Shown piece after piece: positions 15,308 to 23,303 of a DNA stretch of 26,035 nt. The translations under genes were made by a program, and so were the position numbers. The notes beneath the pieces were generated by a model. The model searched no databases. It worked only from the letters and a program-made list of their open reading frames with translations, and was not told the DNA's origin. This stretch comes from a virus. Taxonomy: Duplodnaviria > Caudoviricetes. The stretch's first letter is position 1, and each line of letters begins with the position of its first letter. Where the stretch lies: positions 1 to 26,035 of IMG/VR virus record IMGVR_UViG_3300038316_000164. One strand, written 5' to 3'.

Positions 15308-15584
15308 CAGCAACAACTTCCTTCTTAAAATCTTTAGCCGCTTCTTTTAACTGTAACCTTAATATTTCTTGCTGAAAGTTCCCCTCGAAGTATTCGATAG
15401 CATTATTATAATAGTACCTGCAATAATCAAAAAGAAGGCTTTTCGCTTGTCCTTCTTCCTCAAAATCTAGTTCAATTCCTGCTAAGTCCTTTAGATATTC
15501 TTCTCCTTTGACAATTATGCTTTGTAAATAGCTGTCTTCACTATTCCAAGTTATTTTAAGATAATCCTTTAATTCCAGCAGCAT
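15297..15584 (-). CDS. Head-tail connector (gp6/gp15-like)
   Basis: LLELKDYLKI...EDSYL...LLFDYCRYYYN pattern; RBS AGGTG. Confidence 0.88.
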   Translation of the reverse strand: MLLELKDYLKITWNSEDSYLQSIIVKGEEYLKDLAGIELDFEEEGQAKSLLFDYCRYYYNNAIEYFEGNFQQEILRLQLKEAAKDFKKEVVADEG

Positions 15585-15595
15585 TTAATCATCAC

Positions 15596-15763
15596 CTACT
15601 TTTTAGTAGATTTCTTTTCTGTTTTAATCTCCTTAACAAAAACACCAAGAGCGGTTGAATTTATTTCTTCAAACCGCTCTTTAGTAATTTCTAAAGTTTC
15701 GCCTATTTCGTGAAGGAGATTAGTATATTTATCTCTATATCTTTTTACTACCTTCACTTTCAT
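15596..15763 (-). CDS. Small phage protein, 55 aa (not in ORF track)
   Basis: MKVKVVKRYRDKYTNLLHEIGETLEITKERFEEINSTALGVFVKEIKTEKKSTKK; RBS AGGAGATG; fills the capsid-connector gap. Confidence 0.8.
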   Translation of the reverse strand: MKVKVVKRYRDKYTNLLHEIGETLEITKERFEEINSTALGVFVKEIKTEKKSTKK

Positions 15764-15776
15764 TATTTATCATCTC

Positions 15777-16898
15777 CTAAACTGCTGGTACTGTCATTCC
15801 GCTTATATCAAAGAGTAAAAATGAATTATTATCTATAGGGCGGCCATTTGCATATTGTTTTGCTATATATGTTCGTTCGTCCTCAAGGAATTTATAGTGA
15901 TCTGAATACTCTATTTTTTGCGTAGAGCCTACTCCCATAAAATAATCTTTTGCCATGCCTGCTATCATTTTGCCCTGAGGAACTGCTATAGATTGAATTA
16001 TTTTAGCTGGTATAGGTAATATTCCGTATACATATGTTCCTGCTGCACTCATAAAAGTAGTATTTGGGAATATTTTAGACCAATAATCTAAAGGATTTAC
16101 TATTATGAGTGCACTTGGCACTGCTCTTGTCCCTCCTTTGGTTAATGGAGACATTACCTCTGTCCCTAATGTTGCTGGCTTAAGATCATTTATTTTCTTT
16201 GCTGCTTTATCTGGATATACTCCATCAACTACGGCACCAGCCAAGTCTTTCATCATTCCGATTGGCTGTTCTTTGCCCGTACCCGCAATGATAGCTAATT
16301 CTAAAGCTATCGACAGTGATTCAAACAATATTTCCCTTACAAACCTATCTAACCACTCAGGTCCTAAATCAAGCATTGCTTTACATACTGGCACATATGC
16401 ACTTAATTTATAGAGATCTGTCCTTTCTTTCTTAAATGCCATCTCAAGTTTCTTTTTGATAGCATCACACAAAGGACCCCACCAAGCGGCTTCCACATCA
16501 TTATTCCTAGTTACCCATTCAGTTACCCCTGTAGTATTTACAAAGTCAATTTCAGATAATAAGGGATGATTTTGCCTTAAGTCTTCAAAAACTCTTTCAA
16601 ATACAGTGGGCGGTACTAATTTTTGTACTTCGGAGAATCCACCGGCACCTATTACTTCATTATAGTATTCTCTTTCTTCTTTAGTTAATGGATTTAACCC
16701 TCTTTTAACCATTATTGCTTGGTCATTTATATCTTCATTTCTTGCTTCTTTAGCCTCTTTTAAAATTCTTGTTTCAATTTCTTTCCCCAACTCTACCTGC
16801 GCTTCTGCAAAAGCCTCGCTGTCGCCTTTTTCAATTGCGCTCTTGATTTTTTCCTTTACCTCTGTTTCATTTTTTTTCTTTAAATCTAAATTTTCCAT
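15777..16898 (-). CDS. Major capsid protein, HK97 fold
   Basis: Coiled-coil N-terminus (delta-like), HPLLS, LDLGPEWLDRFV and GTGKEQPIG motifs; follows the protease. Confidence 0.95.
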   Translation of the reverse strand: MENLDLKKKNETEVKEKIKSAIEKGDSEAFAEAQVELGKEIETRILKEAKEARNEDINDQAIMVKRGLNPLTKEEREYYNEVIGAGGFSEVQKLVPPTVFERVFEDLRQNHPLLSEIDFVNTTGVTEWVTRNNDVEAAWWGPLCDAIKKKLEMAFKKERTDLYKLSAYVPVCKAMLDLGPEWLDRFVREILFESLSIALELAIIAGTGKEQPIGMMKDLAGAVVDGVYPDKAAKKINDLKPATLGTEVMSPLTKGGTRAVPSALIIVNPLDYWSKIFPNTTFMSAAGTYVYGILPIPAKIIQSIAVPQGKMIAGMAKDYFMGVGSTQKIEYSDHYKFLEDERTYIAKQYANGRPIDNNSFLLFDISGMTVPAV

Positions 16899-17626
16899 TA
16901 ATCATTACCTCCTAAATTTTGTTTTTTAAAAGCATTAAAAAGAGTGGGCTTTCCCTCCTCCACCTTTGGAGTGTTTGCTGATATATTTTTGTTATATTTA
17001 TTAAACAATGTTTGTTTAATACTGTTTTCAGGAGCTTCTTCTTCTCTCTTCTGTTCTAATATTTCATCACAAAGTCCAAACGCTAAACATTCTTCGGCTG
17101 TAAGCCAACTTTCTTCTTTTAGCAAAGCTTCCAATTCTTCATCATTTCCGACAAATCTGCTTTTATAGCTTGCTTTGACCGCTGAATCAATTTTATCTAA
17201 GTCATTAGCTACCTTTCTAAGTTCGTCAGCATTTCCTGCTGCATATGTCCATGCTTTGTGAATCATCATCATAGTATTACTAGGCATGTATATTTTCTTT
17301 CCTGCCATGGCTACAATGCTCGCTCCGCTTCCTGCTAATCCATCAATGTAAATATTTATATCCCCATCATGCTGTTTAAATAAATTGCATATAGTTATTG
17401 ATTCAAATACATCACCACCTCCAGAATTAATATGAACATTTACATCCTTACCTTTTAATTCTTTTAGCGCATTTCTTACCCTTTTAGCTGAAATTACGTC
17501 CTCCTCATCATCCCACCAATAAGCTTGTCTAATAGCACCATATAAATAAAGCTCGGCTGTTTCATTGTTGGCTTCGTTTTTTACCTCTAATCTGGTTTCA
17601 ATTTTGGGAATTTTAAAATTCTCCAT
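16898..17626 (-). CDS. ClpP-like head maturation protease
   Basis: HINSGGGDVF, IDGLAGSGAS, MMMIH and ESWLTAEE motifs. Confidence 0.95.
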   Translation of the reverse strand: MENFKIPKIETRLEVKNEANNETAELYLYGAIRQAYWWDDEEDVISAKRVRNALKELKGKDVNVHINSGGGDVFESITICNLFKQHDGDINIYIDGLAGSGASIVAMAGKKIYMPSNTMMMIHKAWTYAAGNADELRKVANDLDKIDSAVKASYKSRFVGNDEELEALLKEESWLTAEECLAFGLCDEILEQKREEEAPENSIKQTLFNKYNKNISANTPKVEEGKPTLFNAFKKQNLGGND

Positions 17627-17685
17627 TTATTCACCACCTTTCCGTACTTAAAACATTTAATACTAACACTTCTTCATTTATCAAA

Positions 17686-18837
17686 TTATCCATCTCCTTT
17701 ACTCCTGGTTTCAATTCTTTCATAGTTTTTAGTCATCCACCTAGCTTTGGACCAATCAGTGTCAAGCGGTTCCATGCCCAAAGCTTTTAAGCTGTCATCT
17801 ACACAATAAGCCCCTATCCTTGTCAAAACATCTAGAGCATTAGCTATATCCTTTAGATCCACTACTTTAATATTTGTAATATCACATTTTACATATGTTT
17901 TAGCGTTATACAATTTTATTCCATACATTTTCCTATTTAATTCATCAGTAATAAACTTAACCAATGGATTTAAACAAAATGTAAGGAAGTCATTTACTGC
18001 ATTACTTGTATCCTGAATATTACCTTTTAGTAATTGTGGAGGGATCCTTAAAGCAATGGCCACAAAATCAAATATATCATCAATAAAATCCCTGATTTCT
18101 CTGCCGCCTTCTGTATTTTTGGACGATTTCTCGTTGCCATCTCTTTCGGTATATTTTAAACCGTCTGTTAAAGGTATTAGGGCATCACCTTCAGCCTCAA
18201 AATATCTTTTGAATCGGTTATCCATTAAATCTTGTAGGTCATTTTGTGCTTCATCAGTTTGAGGGTAATTTGTTGGAACTTCTAGCACGCCTTTTTTCCC
18301 TTTGCTTCTTTTATAGCTTTTGCTGCTAACCTCAATTAATTTAGAGTATTCCGTATTGAGCCCATCAATTATTGTTTTTAGTTTGGGGTTATACCATTCA
18401 AAATATAAAACCTCTGATTCCTTAAAAATGTCCCTCAATTGATAATCTGATATTACTATATTTTTATAAATGTTTTCTTTAAAGGCTAACTCTACTCTTT
18501 CAAAATCATCCGCTACATATAACATATTATTTTGCATAATTACAAGGCATTTTTGCTTATAAATGAGATTACTAATAACATCTCTCCAAAACCTACTAGC
18601 AGGTGTGTTTTGATTAGCTTCTATATTCAAAATATAATGATTTATTTTTTGCACTTCTTTCCCGTTTTCATAAGTTAAGAATTTACTTTTTACTATAGAG
18701 TTTGATATCAAATTTATGCTAGCCTGTAAAGCTAATTCTTTATAAAAGATACTGCCTGTTAAGGACCCTATATATTCATCTAGATTTATTGTTTCTTTAT
18801 CTTTAAATAATCCCATAAACCAATTTGCTATTGCCAT
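17686..18837 (-). CDS. Portal protein (HK97 family)
   Basis: 383 aa between TerL and protease; LNIEANQN and VAIALRIPPQLL motifs. Confidence 0.93.
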   Translation of the reverse strand: MAIANWFMGLFKDKETINLDEYIGSLTGSIFYKELALQASINLISNSIVKSKFLTYENGKEVQKINHYILNIEANQNTPASRFWRDVISNLIYKQKCLVIMQNNMLYVADDFERVELAFKENIYKNIVISDYQLRDIFKESEVLYFEWYNPKLKTIIDGLNTEYSKLIEVSSKSYKRSKGKKGVLEVPTNYPQTDEAQNDLQDLMDNRFKRYFEAEGDALIPLTDGLKYTERDGNEKSSKNTEGGREIRDFIDDIFDFVAIALRIPPQLLKGNIQDTSNAVNDFLTFCLNPLVKFITDELNRKMYGIKLYNAKTYVKCDITNIKVVDLKDIANALDVLTRIGAYCVDDSLKALGMEPLDTDWSKARWMTKNYERIETRSKGDG

Positions 18838-18849
18838 CTATTCACCTCC

Positions 18850-20496
18850 CTAATAGGTTCTTACATCTAATTTCCTAAATGTTCCTGTGTATTCTTTTAA
18901 ATCTCCATCTTTAGTTAAAGCATGTATAAAAGCAAAAAAACCGTCTGTTTTCCTTGTCAGCGGCTCTATTTTTAAATAAGTTGTATTACCTTTCCCATCA
19001 AGTTCCTGTTTAGTATTGTTAATATACCATCTCATTGTGGGGTTGTCTCCAAATGCTACTTTTTCATCCGCAAACATAACCTCTATCATTGGAGCTAGTT
19101 TTGCATGGGTTATAGGACCGCTTCTGCATACACTTAATGGCAATCCTCTTTTTTCAAATTCCTCTTTTAATATACTAACTCTGTAATCATCTGCAACAAT
19201 ATCTAAAATATGATAATCTTTTACTTTATCCAAAAACCACTGCGATAGGTATTCAGGCTTGATAAAATCATCATTAACTATGGTTATCAATCCTCTATCT
19301 GCCATTTCGCGTACTGGGAACTTAATCTTTCTGTTCTCCATTTCTAAAGCTTTACGGCAAACAAAAGTATGCTCCATCCAATATCTCATACCATTATATT
19401 TAAACAATAACCCTGCACTACAAAAATCATTTATTTGAGCATAGTCAATTGCTCCTATACAAGATAAACCTTTTAATTTGTCATAGGGTATTAATTGATT
19501 AGTCTTTAAAATCTTTTCCCATGGGACTGCTGGGGTGTAATTATCTTCTGTAGGAAAATTCATCCTCTTAGTCATAAAGTCAACATAAATATGAGGCTGA
19601 TACTTCATTTTTATAAAGTCTTTATTCATTTCCTTTTGTAATTCTGGGAAATAAGGTAAAGAAGGATTAGCCTTAACCCACATTTTAGGATTTTCAGCTT
19701 CTTTTTTTTTATCTATTTTATATATAAGAGGGCATAAACCTAAGTCTTTAATTTCCCCGCTTAATACCCTTTTAGCCATGTCAAGTTCTTCATCAAGAAC
19801 ACCACCTCTAACATAACCATTAGTAGTTATCTTAAATGTCCTTGAATATTTTCTTTTACCAAATCCTCTAGTAAAAACATTTATAGTATCATAATTTTCA
19901 TATTCATGTATTTCATCAAAAACCAAACAAGCAGTTCTTTTACCATCTTTAGTTTTCGCGTTGGAGGTATTAAATTTTATATACGATCCAGTTTTTAAGT
20001 TTTTAATTATTTCTTTAGTTTTATAAAAAAACTTTTTTGATTTTGCCCATGTCCTATCTAAAACATTGTAAACGTCCTCAAATGATGTTTGGGCCTGTTC
20101 TTCGTTGTTTGCCACAATGTCAACGTTATATCCCTTGACCCCGTGGTATTGGGTAGTGAGGTACCATATTAGCGGAGATATAAAACCATTCTTTCCATTG
20201 CCCCTTCCCGTTACGATTAGAAATTCATCAAATATTACCATGTCCTTTGACTTGTAATAACAATGGATTAGTGCCAATATAAAAAGCTCCCAATTAAGGA
20301 GCCTGATGTTGAAATATCTTTCTATTAGTTCAACTGCTTTATTTATTTTTTCCGTATCTATAAATACATCTGGGCTGTCCAATTTAAATTCAATATAATC
20401 CATGGCCAATTTCATTTCTTTGGAGGATGGTATTGCGCCACTTCTTATATCGTCCATGTATTTATCAATATACGGATGATAATCTCTTTTCCTCAA
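18850..20496 (-). CDS. terL: Terminase large subunit
   Basis: GRGNGKNG Walker A, LVFDEIHE Walker B, ITTNG motif, KANPSL and C-terminal nuclease GAID...KTDG; TTG start. Confidence 0.96.
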   Translation of the reverse strand: MRKRDYHPYIDKYMDDIRSGAIPSSKEMKLAMDYIEFKLDSPDVFIDTEKINKAVELIERYFNIRLLNWELFILALIHCYYKSKDMVIFDEFLIVTGRGNGKNGFISPLIWYLTTQYHGVKGYNVDIVANNEEQAQTSFEDVYNVLDRTWAKSKKFFYKTKEIIKNLKTGSYIKFNTSNAKTKDGKRTACLVFDEIHEYENYDTINVFTRGFGKRKYSRTFKITTNGYVRGGVLDEELDMAKRVLSGEIKDLGLCPLIYKIDKKKEAENPKMWVKANPSLPYFPELQKEMNKDFIKMKYQPHIYVDFMTKRMNFPTEDNYTPAVPWEKILKTNQLIPYDKLKGLSCIGAIDYAQINDFCSAGLLFKYNGMRYWMEHTFVCRKALEMENRKIKFPVREMADRGLITIVNDDFIKPEYLSQWFLDKVKDYHILDIVADDYRVSILKEEFEKRGLPLSVCRSGPITHAKLAPMIEVMFADEKVAFGDNPTMRWYINNTKQELDGKGNTTYLKIEPLTRKTDGFFAFIHALTKDGDLKEYTGTFRKLDVRTY

Positions 20497-20531
20497 TTAC
20501 ACTTTCGCCACCTCCCAATCGGCGTTACTTG

Positions 20532-20867
20532 TTACATTTCTTCGTCTTGATCTGATCTTTCACTTCCCATTTCTGGTGGTTTCAATCCTAAAAACTCAAG
20601 TGTCTTTTGCATTTGAACATTCATTTTAATCATGATTTCTATACTCTCATTATTTACAATCTGTTTCTGACCCCTACTATCTAACTTTGTAACCTTACTT
20701 CCACGATTTTTAATGTCTTCGGTAAGTTCTTGCTTTGCCCTCCAATATGTAAGCCAATCCTCTACCATATCGTTGTAATAGCTGCCAACTGTCCCGTTAC
20801 GTTCTAACTGATCCAATAAATCTTGTCTAAATATTTCAGTTTGTTCATTGCTTGATTTCTTGAACAC
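20532..20867 (-). CDS. terS: Terminase small subunit (P27-like)
   Basis: Directly upstream of TerL; EDIKNRG...NNES...QMQKTLEFLGL pattern. GTG at 20867 with RBS GAAGGTG is preferred over the track start 20993, which runs through the cos region. Confidence 0.85.
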   Translation of the reverse strand: MFKKSSNEQTEIFRQDLLDQLERNGTVGSYYNDMVEDWLTYWRAKQELTEDIKNRGSKVTKLDSRGQKQIVNNESIEIMIKMNVQMQKTLEFLGLKPPEMGSERSDQDEEM

Positions 20868-20894
20868 AAATTCACCTTCTTTCATAAAAAACAT

Positions 20895-20981
20895 ACGCGC
20901 GCGTGGAAAAATATCTTTTGTAGTGTCGAATACACGGTCAAACTGTTTTGCGGAAAAATTCAAATTTCCAACCTGGGGGTA
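20895..20981. other. Putative cos packaging region
   Basis: Between HNH and terS; - strand TACCCCC tract, GACCGTGTATTCGAC core, A/T runs and ACGCGCGCGT palindrome (20895-20904), a layout like that of 3'-cos Firmicute phages. The cut site was not determined. Confidence 0.55.
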
Positions 20982-21133
20982 CACTGTGGCCATCTTTTGA
21001 TAAATTCTTCCTTTGTTCCTTTGTCAAAAGGTTTTAACATTCCATTACATTTGTTACACCTATGTCCATCCGATATCCTTTCTGGATATATAACTACATG
21101 ATTGCATTGTATACACTTAAAGGCTATATACAT
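20960..21133 (-). CDS. Small zinc-ribbon protein, 57 aa
   Basis: CIQC...CNKC; ATG at 21133 with RBS AAGGA. Confidence 0.65.
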   Translation of the reverse strand: MYIAFKCIQCNHVVIYPERISDGHRCNKCNGMLKPFDKGTKEEFIKRWPQCTPRLEI

Positions 21134-21140
21134 ACTATCC

Positions 21141-21470
21141 TTACCACCTTTCCTCATTAACAAATGCTTTCTTTTTTTTATATTCTCCTAACCTATCAGG
21201 ATGGCAAATATTCTCATGACAATTTTCACAAACAGTCAATAGATTTTCATTCACTAATGCAAGTTCAGGATATGTTTTCAATTCTTTTATATGATGTACT
21301 ATTAATGGATTATCCTCTGTCCCTACTGTTACCTTACCGTTTTGTTTGCATATCTGGCACTCGTTGTTATCTCTAATCAATATTACTTTTCTTTTATTTC
21401 TCCAAGTCCAGCTTGTATAAAAGTAATGAACATTTCCTTTTCTAATTGCCTGCAATAATTTCTTATCCAA
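21141..21470 (-). CDS. HNH endonuclease (terminase-associated)
   Basis: RDNNECQIC, VHHIKE, NLLTVCENCHENICH; lies upstream of terS. Confidence 0.93.
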   Translation of the reverse strand: MDKKLLQAIRKGNVHYFYTSWTWRNKRKVILIRDNNECQICKQNGKVTVGTEDNPLIVHHIKELKTYPELALVNENLLTVCENCHENICHPDRLGEYKKKKAFVNEERW

Positions 21471-21487
21471 TTACATCAAACTCCAAT

Positions 21488-21519
21488 AAAAAAAGCACCT
21501 GGTGTTTTTCCAAGTGCTT
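21488..21519 (-). terminator. Terminator-like hairpin in the late leader
   Basis: GCACTTGG-AAAAACA-CCAGGTGC followed by T7. Confidence 0.7.
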
Positions 21520-21542
21520 ACCTAATTTTTCTTACTATATAC

Positions 21543-21551
21543 ATAATATCA
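21543..21551 (-). promoter_or_regulatory. Putative late promoter (extended -10, poor -35)
   Basis: TG-A-TATTAT downstream of the activator gene and upstream of HNH/terS. Confidence 0.5.
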
Positions 21552-21585
21552 CTAACCATACCCTTATTACTGCAGACTTTTCATT

Positions 21586-21798
21586 TTATTTTATTTCAGT
21601 CATTAAGTCTATATCATAATAACTCGAAACATAAAAATCATAATTTTTATCTTCAAATTCCTTTCCAATTAACTTATTTATATTAATGTTTTTAAGCTTG
21701 TCCTGAACTTCCTGTATATCTTTAGCATATATTTTTACTAAAATATTATCATAATTATTTTTATTATCCTTTAGCATCAAAATAAATAATTTATCCAT
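21586..21798 (-). CDS. Hypothetical protein
   Basis: 70-aa AT-rich ORF with RBS AAGGTAGTG; no recognised motif. Confidence 0.65.
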   Translation of the reverse strand: MDKLFILMLKDNKNNYDNILVKIYAKDIQEVQDKLKNININKLIGKEFEDKNYDFYVSSYYDIDLMTEIK

Positions 21799-21823
21799 TT
21801 TATCACTACCTTTCTTAAATCAA

Positions 21824-22267
21824 TTATATCCTTAATCCTCTATTTATTGCAAATATTTTCCTCGCCTTACTTAACCAATTGTATATTGTTCTTTCACTTG
21901 CCGGAATATTTATTTCTGCTTGATGAACTCTATTATATATATCACCCTTTTGAAGTTTTTTATCAGCATCCTTAAAATAAACAAATTCAATAGCCTGTAC
22001 ATAATCTCTATATTTACTTGCATTTAGTTCAGCCATTGTCAATTCAACTGCTTCCATATCTTTTATTTCTGCAACTTTTTCATTTACAGCTGTTTCTGCT
22101 CTCATTATTGCAGCCTCTGTAGGTTTAGATATTCCTGATCCTTTTTCTTTACTTAGTTCTTGTAACGCTTCATCATATATTTTTTGTTTATACTTTTCAG
22201 CAGACTTTCCGTTTCTTGCATAAAATCTAAATGCCTCAGTTGCATAATCTCTTATATGATTTTTCAT
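21824..22267 (-). CDS. RinA/ArpU-like late transcriptional activator
   Basis: SKPTE motif, AIEFVYF and C-terminal HTH ASERTIYNWLSKA; last major gene before the packaging module. Confidence 0.75.
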   Translation of the reverse strand: MKNHIRDYATEAFRFYARNGKSAEKYKQKIYDEALQELSKEKGSGISKPTEAAIMRAETAVNEKVAEIKDMEAVELTMAELNASKYRDYVQAIEFVYFKDADKKLQKGDIYNRVHQAEINIPASERTIYNWLSKARKIFAINRGLRI

Positions 22268-22473
22268 GCTATCACCTTCCTTTCTCTATTTAAAATTTTT
22301 TCTAATTTAAACATCATATTACTTAGTTGATTGGTTATTTTTATAAACTCTGGCATCCATTTTTCAACTTCTGCATCAGTAGCAACATTGGTTAGATAGT
22401 TCTCAGCATTTTTTTCACGCTTGAGAAGTCTGTTATATTCAATCTTTAAATTATTCAAGTCCACTATACCCAC
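22264..22473 (-). CDS. Hypothetical helical protein
   Basis: 69-aa ORF overlapping both neighbours; start uncertain. Confidence 0.6.
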   Translation of the reverse strand: MGIVDLNNLKIEYNRLLKREKNAENYLTNVATDAEVEKWMPEFIKITNQLSNMMFKLEKILNRERKVIA

Positions 22474-23288
22474 ACTTCTTTCTTTTTAACGTTGGGAGTC
22501 TCTTGTTTCAAACATTCGCCCCACTCAACATATTTTTCAAAGCTGGTATATATTTGACTTCTTGCATTACTGTTTTTTGTAAGTGGCTTGTCTTGTTTAT
22601 AAATAGCAAACTTTTCAATTGCACGCTGCAAGTCCAACGCTGGAAACTTTTTTGATAAATCTTCGTACATTTTTATGTCACTTTCAATATCAAGGGGATA
22701 ATTATCAATGGTCTTTAATATCTCAATAAAATCTTTTTGGATGTCAGAAAGATTAATTTTGGAAATAGTTATTTCCTTATTATTTACTTTACTTTTCTTT
22801 ACTTTTCTTTTCTTTACTTTACTTTGTGTACTTTCTCCAGAGTTTATTGAGTTTTCTCCTTCTGAAACCCCAGTTAATTCCGTAATAACCCCCATTAATT
22901 CGGAATTAACTTTAAGTAGGTAATTTTTGTTAATTGAAATTTTTTTCCTTTTGCAATCTTTACATATTTTTAAGTATCTATTTTGAATTCCACGCGAAGT
23001 AAGTATTTTATATTTTTCATATAAATTTCTATCAAAAATATTTTCATCAAAACACGTTTCAATAACCTTTTCAATTGTTGTTTTTTTAGCATTAATCTTC
23101 CTTGAAAATAAACTTAGAATTTTATTATCCCACTTCGTATAATACCCTTCGCGATAAATTTTTTGGAAAAGTCCTATAACTATTCCAAATCCCTCTGCAC
23201 CATGTTCAGCAATAATATAATTCATATTATCGTCAAATGTAACGTCAACCGGGAAATAGTCTATTCCCTGTTTTTGCGGTCTTGCCAT
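22464..23288 (-). CDS. Replication initiator / replisome organizer (DUF4373-type N-terminus)
   Basis: MARPQKQGIDYFPVDV start, ILTSRGIQNRY, Lys-rich QSKVKKRKVKKSK linker with internal DNA repeats. Confidence 0.85.
   Translation of the reverse strand: MARPQKQGIDYFPVDVTFDDNMNYIIAEHGAEGFGIVIGLFQKIYREGYYTKWDNKILSLFSRKINAKKTTIEKVIETCFDENIFDRNLYEKYKILTSRGIQNRYLKICKDCKRKKISINKNYLLKVNSELMGVITELTGVSEGENSINSGESTQSKVKKRKVKKSKVNNKEITISKINLSDIQKDFIEILKTIDNYPLDIESDIKMYEDLSKKFPALDLQRAIEKFAIYKQDKPLTKNSNARSQIYTSFEKYVEWGECLKQETPNVKKKEVWV
22780..22910. other. Putative phage replication origin inside the initiator gene
   Basis: Imperfect 21-bp tandem repeats (22866-22886, 22887-22907), perfect inverted repeat GTTAATTCCG/CGGAATTAAC (22873-22882, 22901-22910) and an adjacent strand-biased (TTTAC/TTTTC)n tract. 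Confidence 0.6.
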
Positions 23289-23303
23289 TGTATATCACCT
23301 CAC

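Noticed and set aside
20924-20930. Perfect Spo0A box TGTCGAA beside the putative cos (another at 25905-25911)
   Set aside because: A 7-mer like this is expected a few times by chance in 26 kb, and there is no supporting promoter context.
20868-20993. Long N-terminal extension of TerS in the ORF track
   Set aside because: No good RBS at 20993 and it crosses the cos-like region; GTG at 20867 has a proper RBS.
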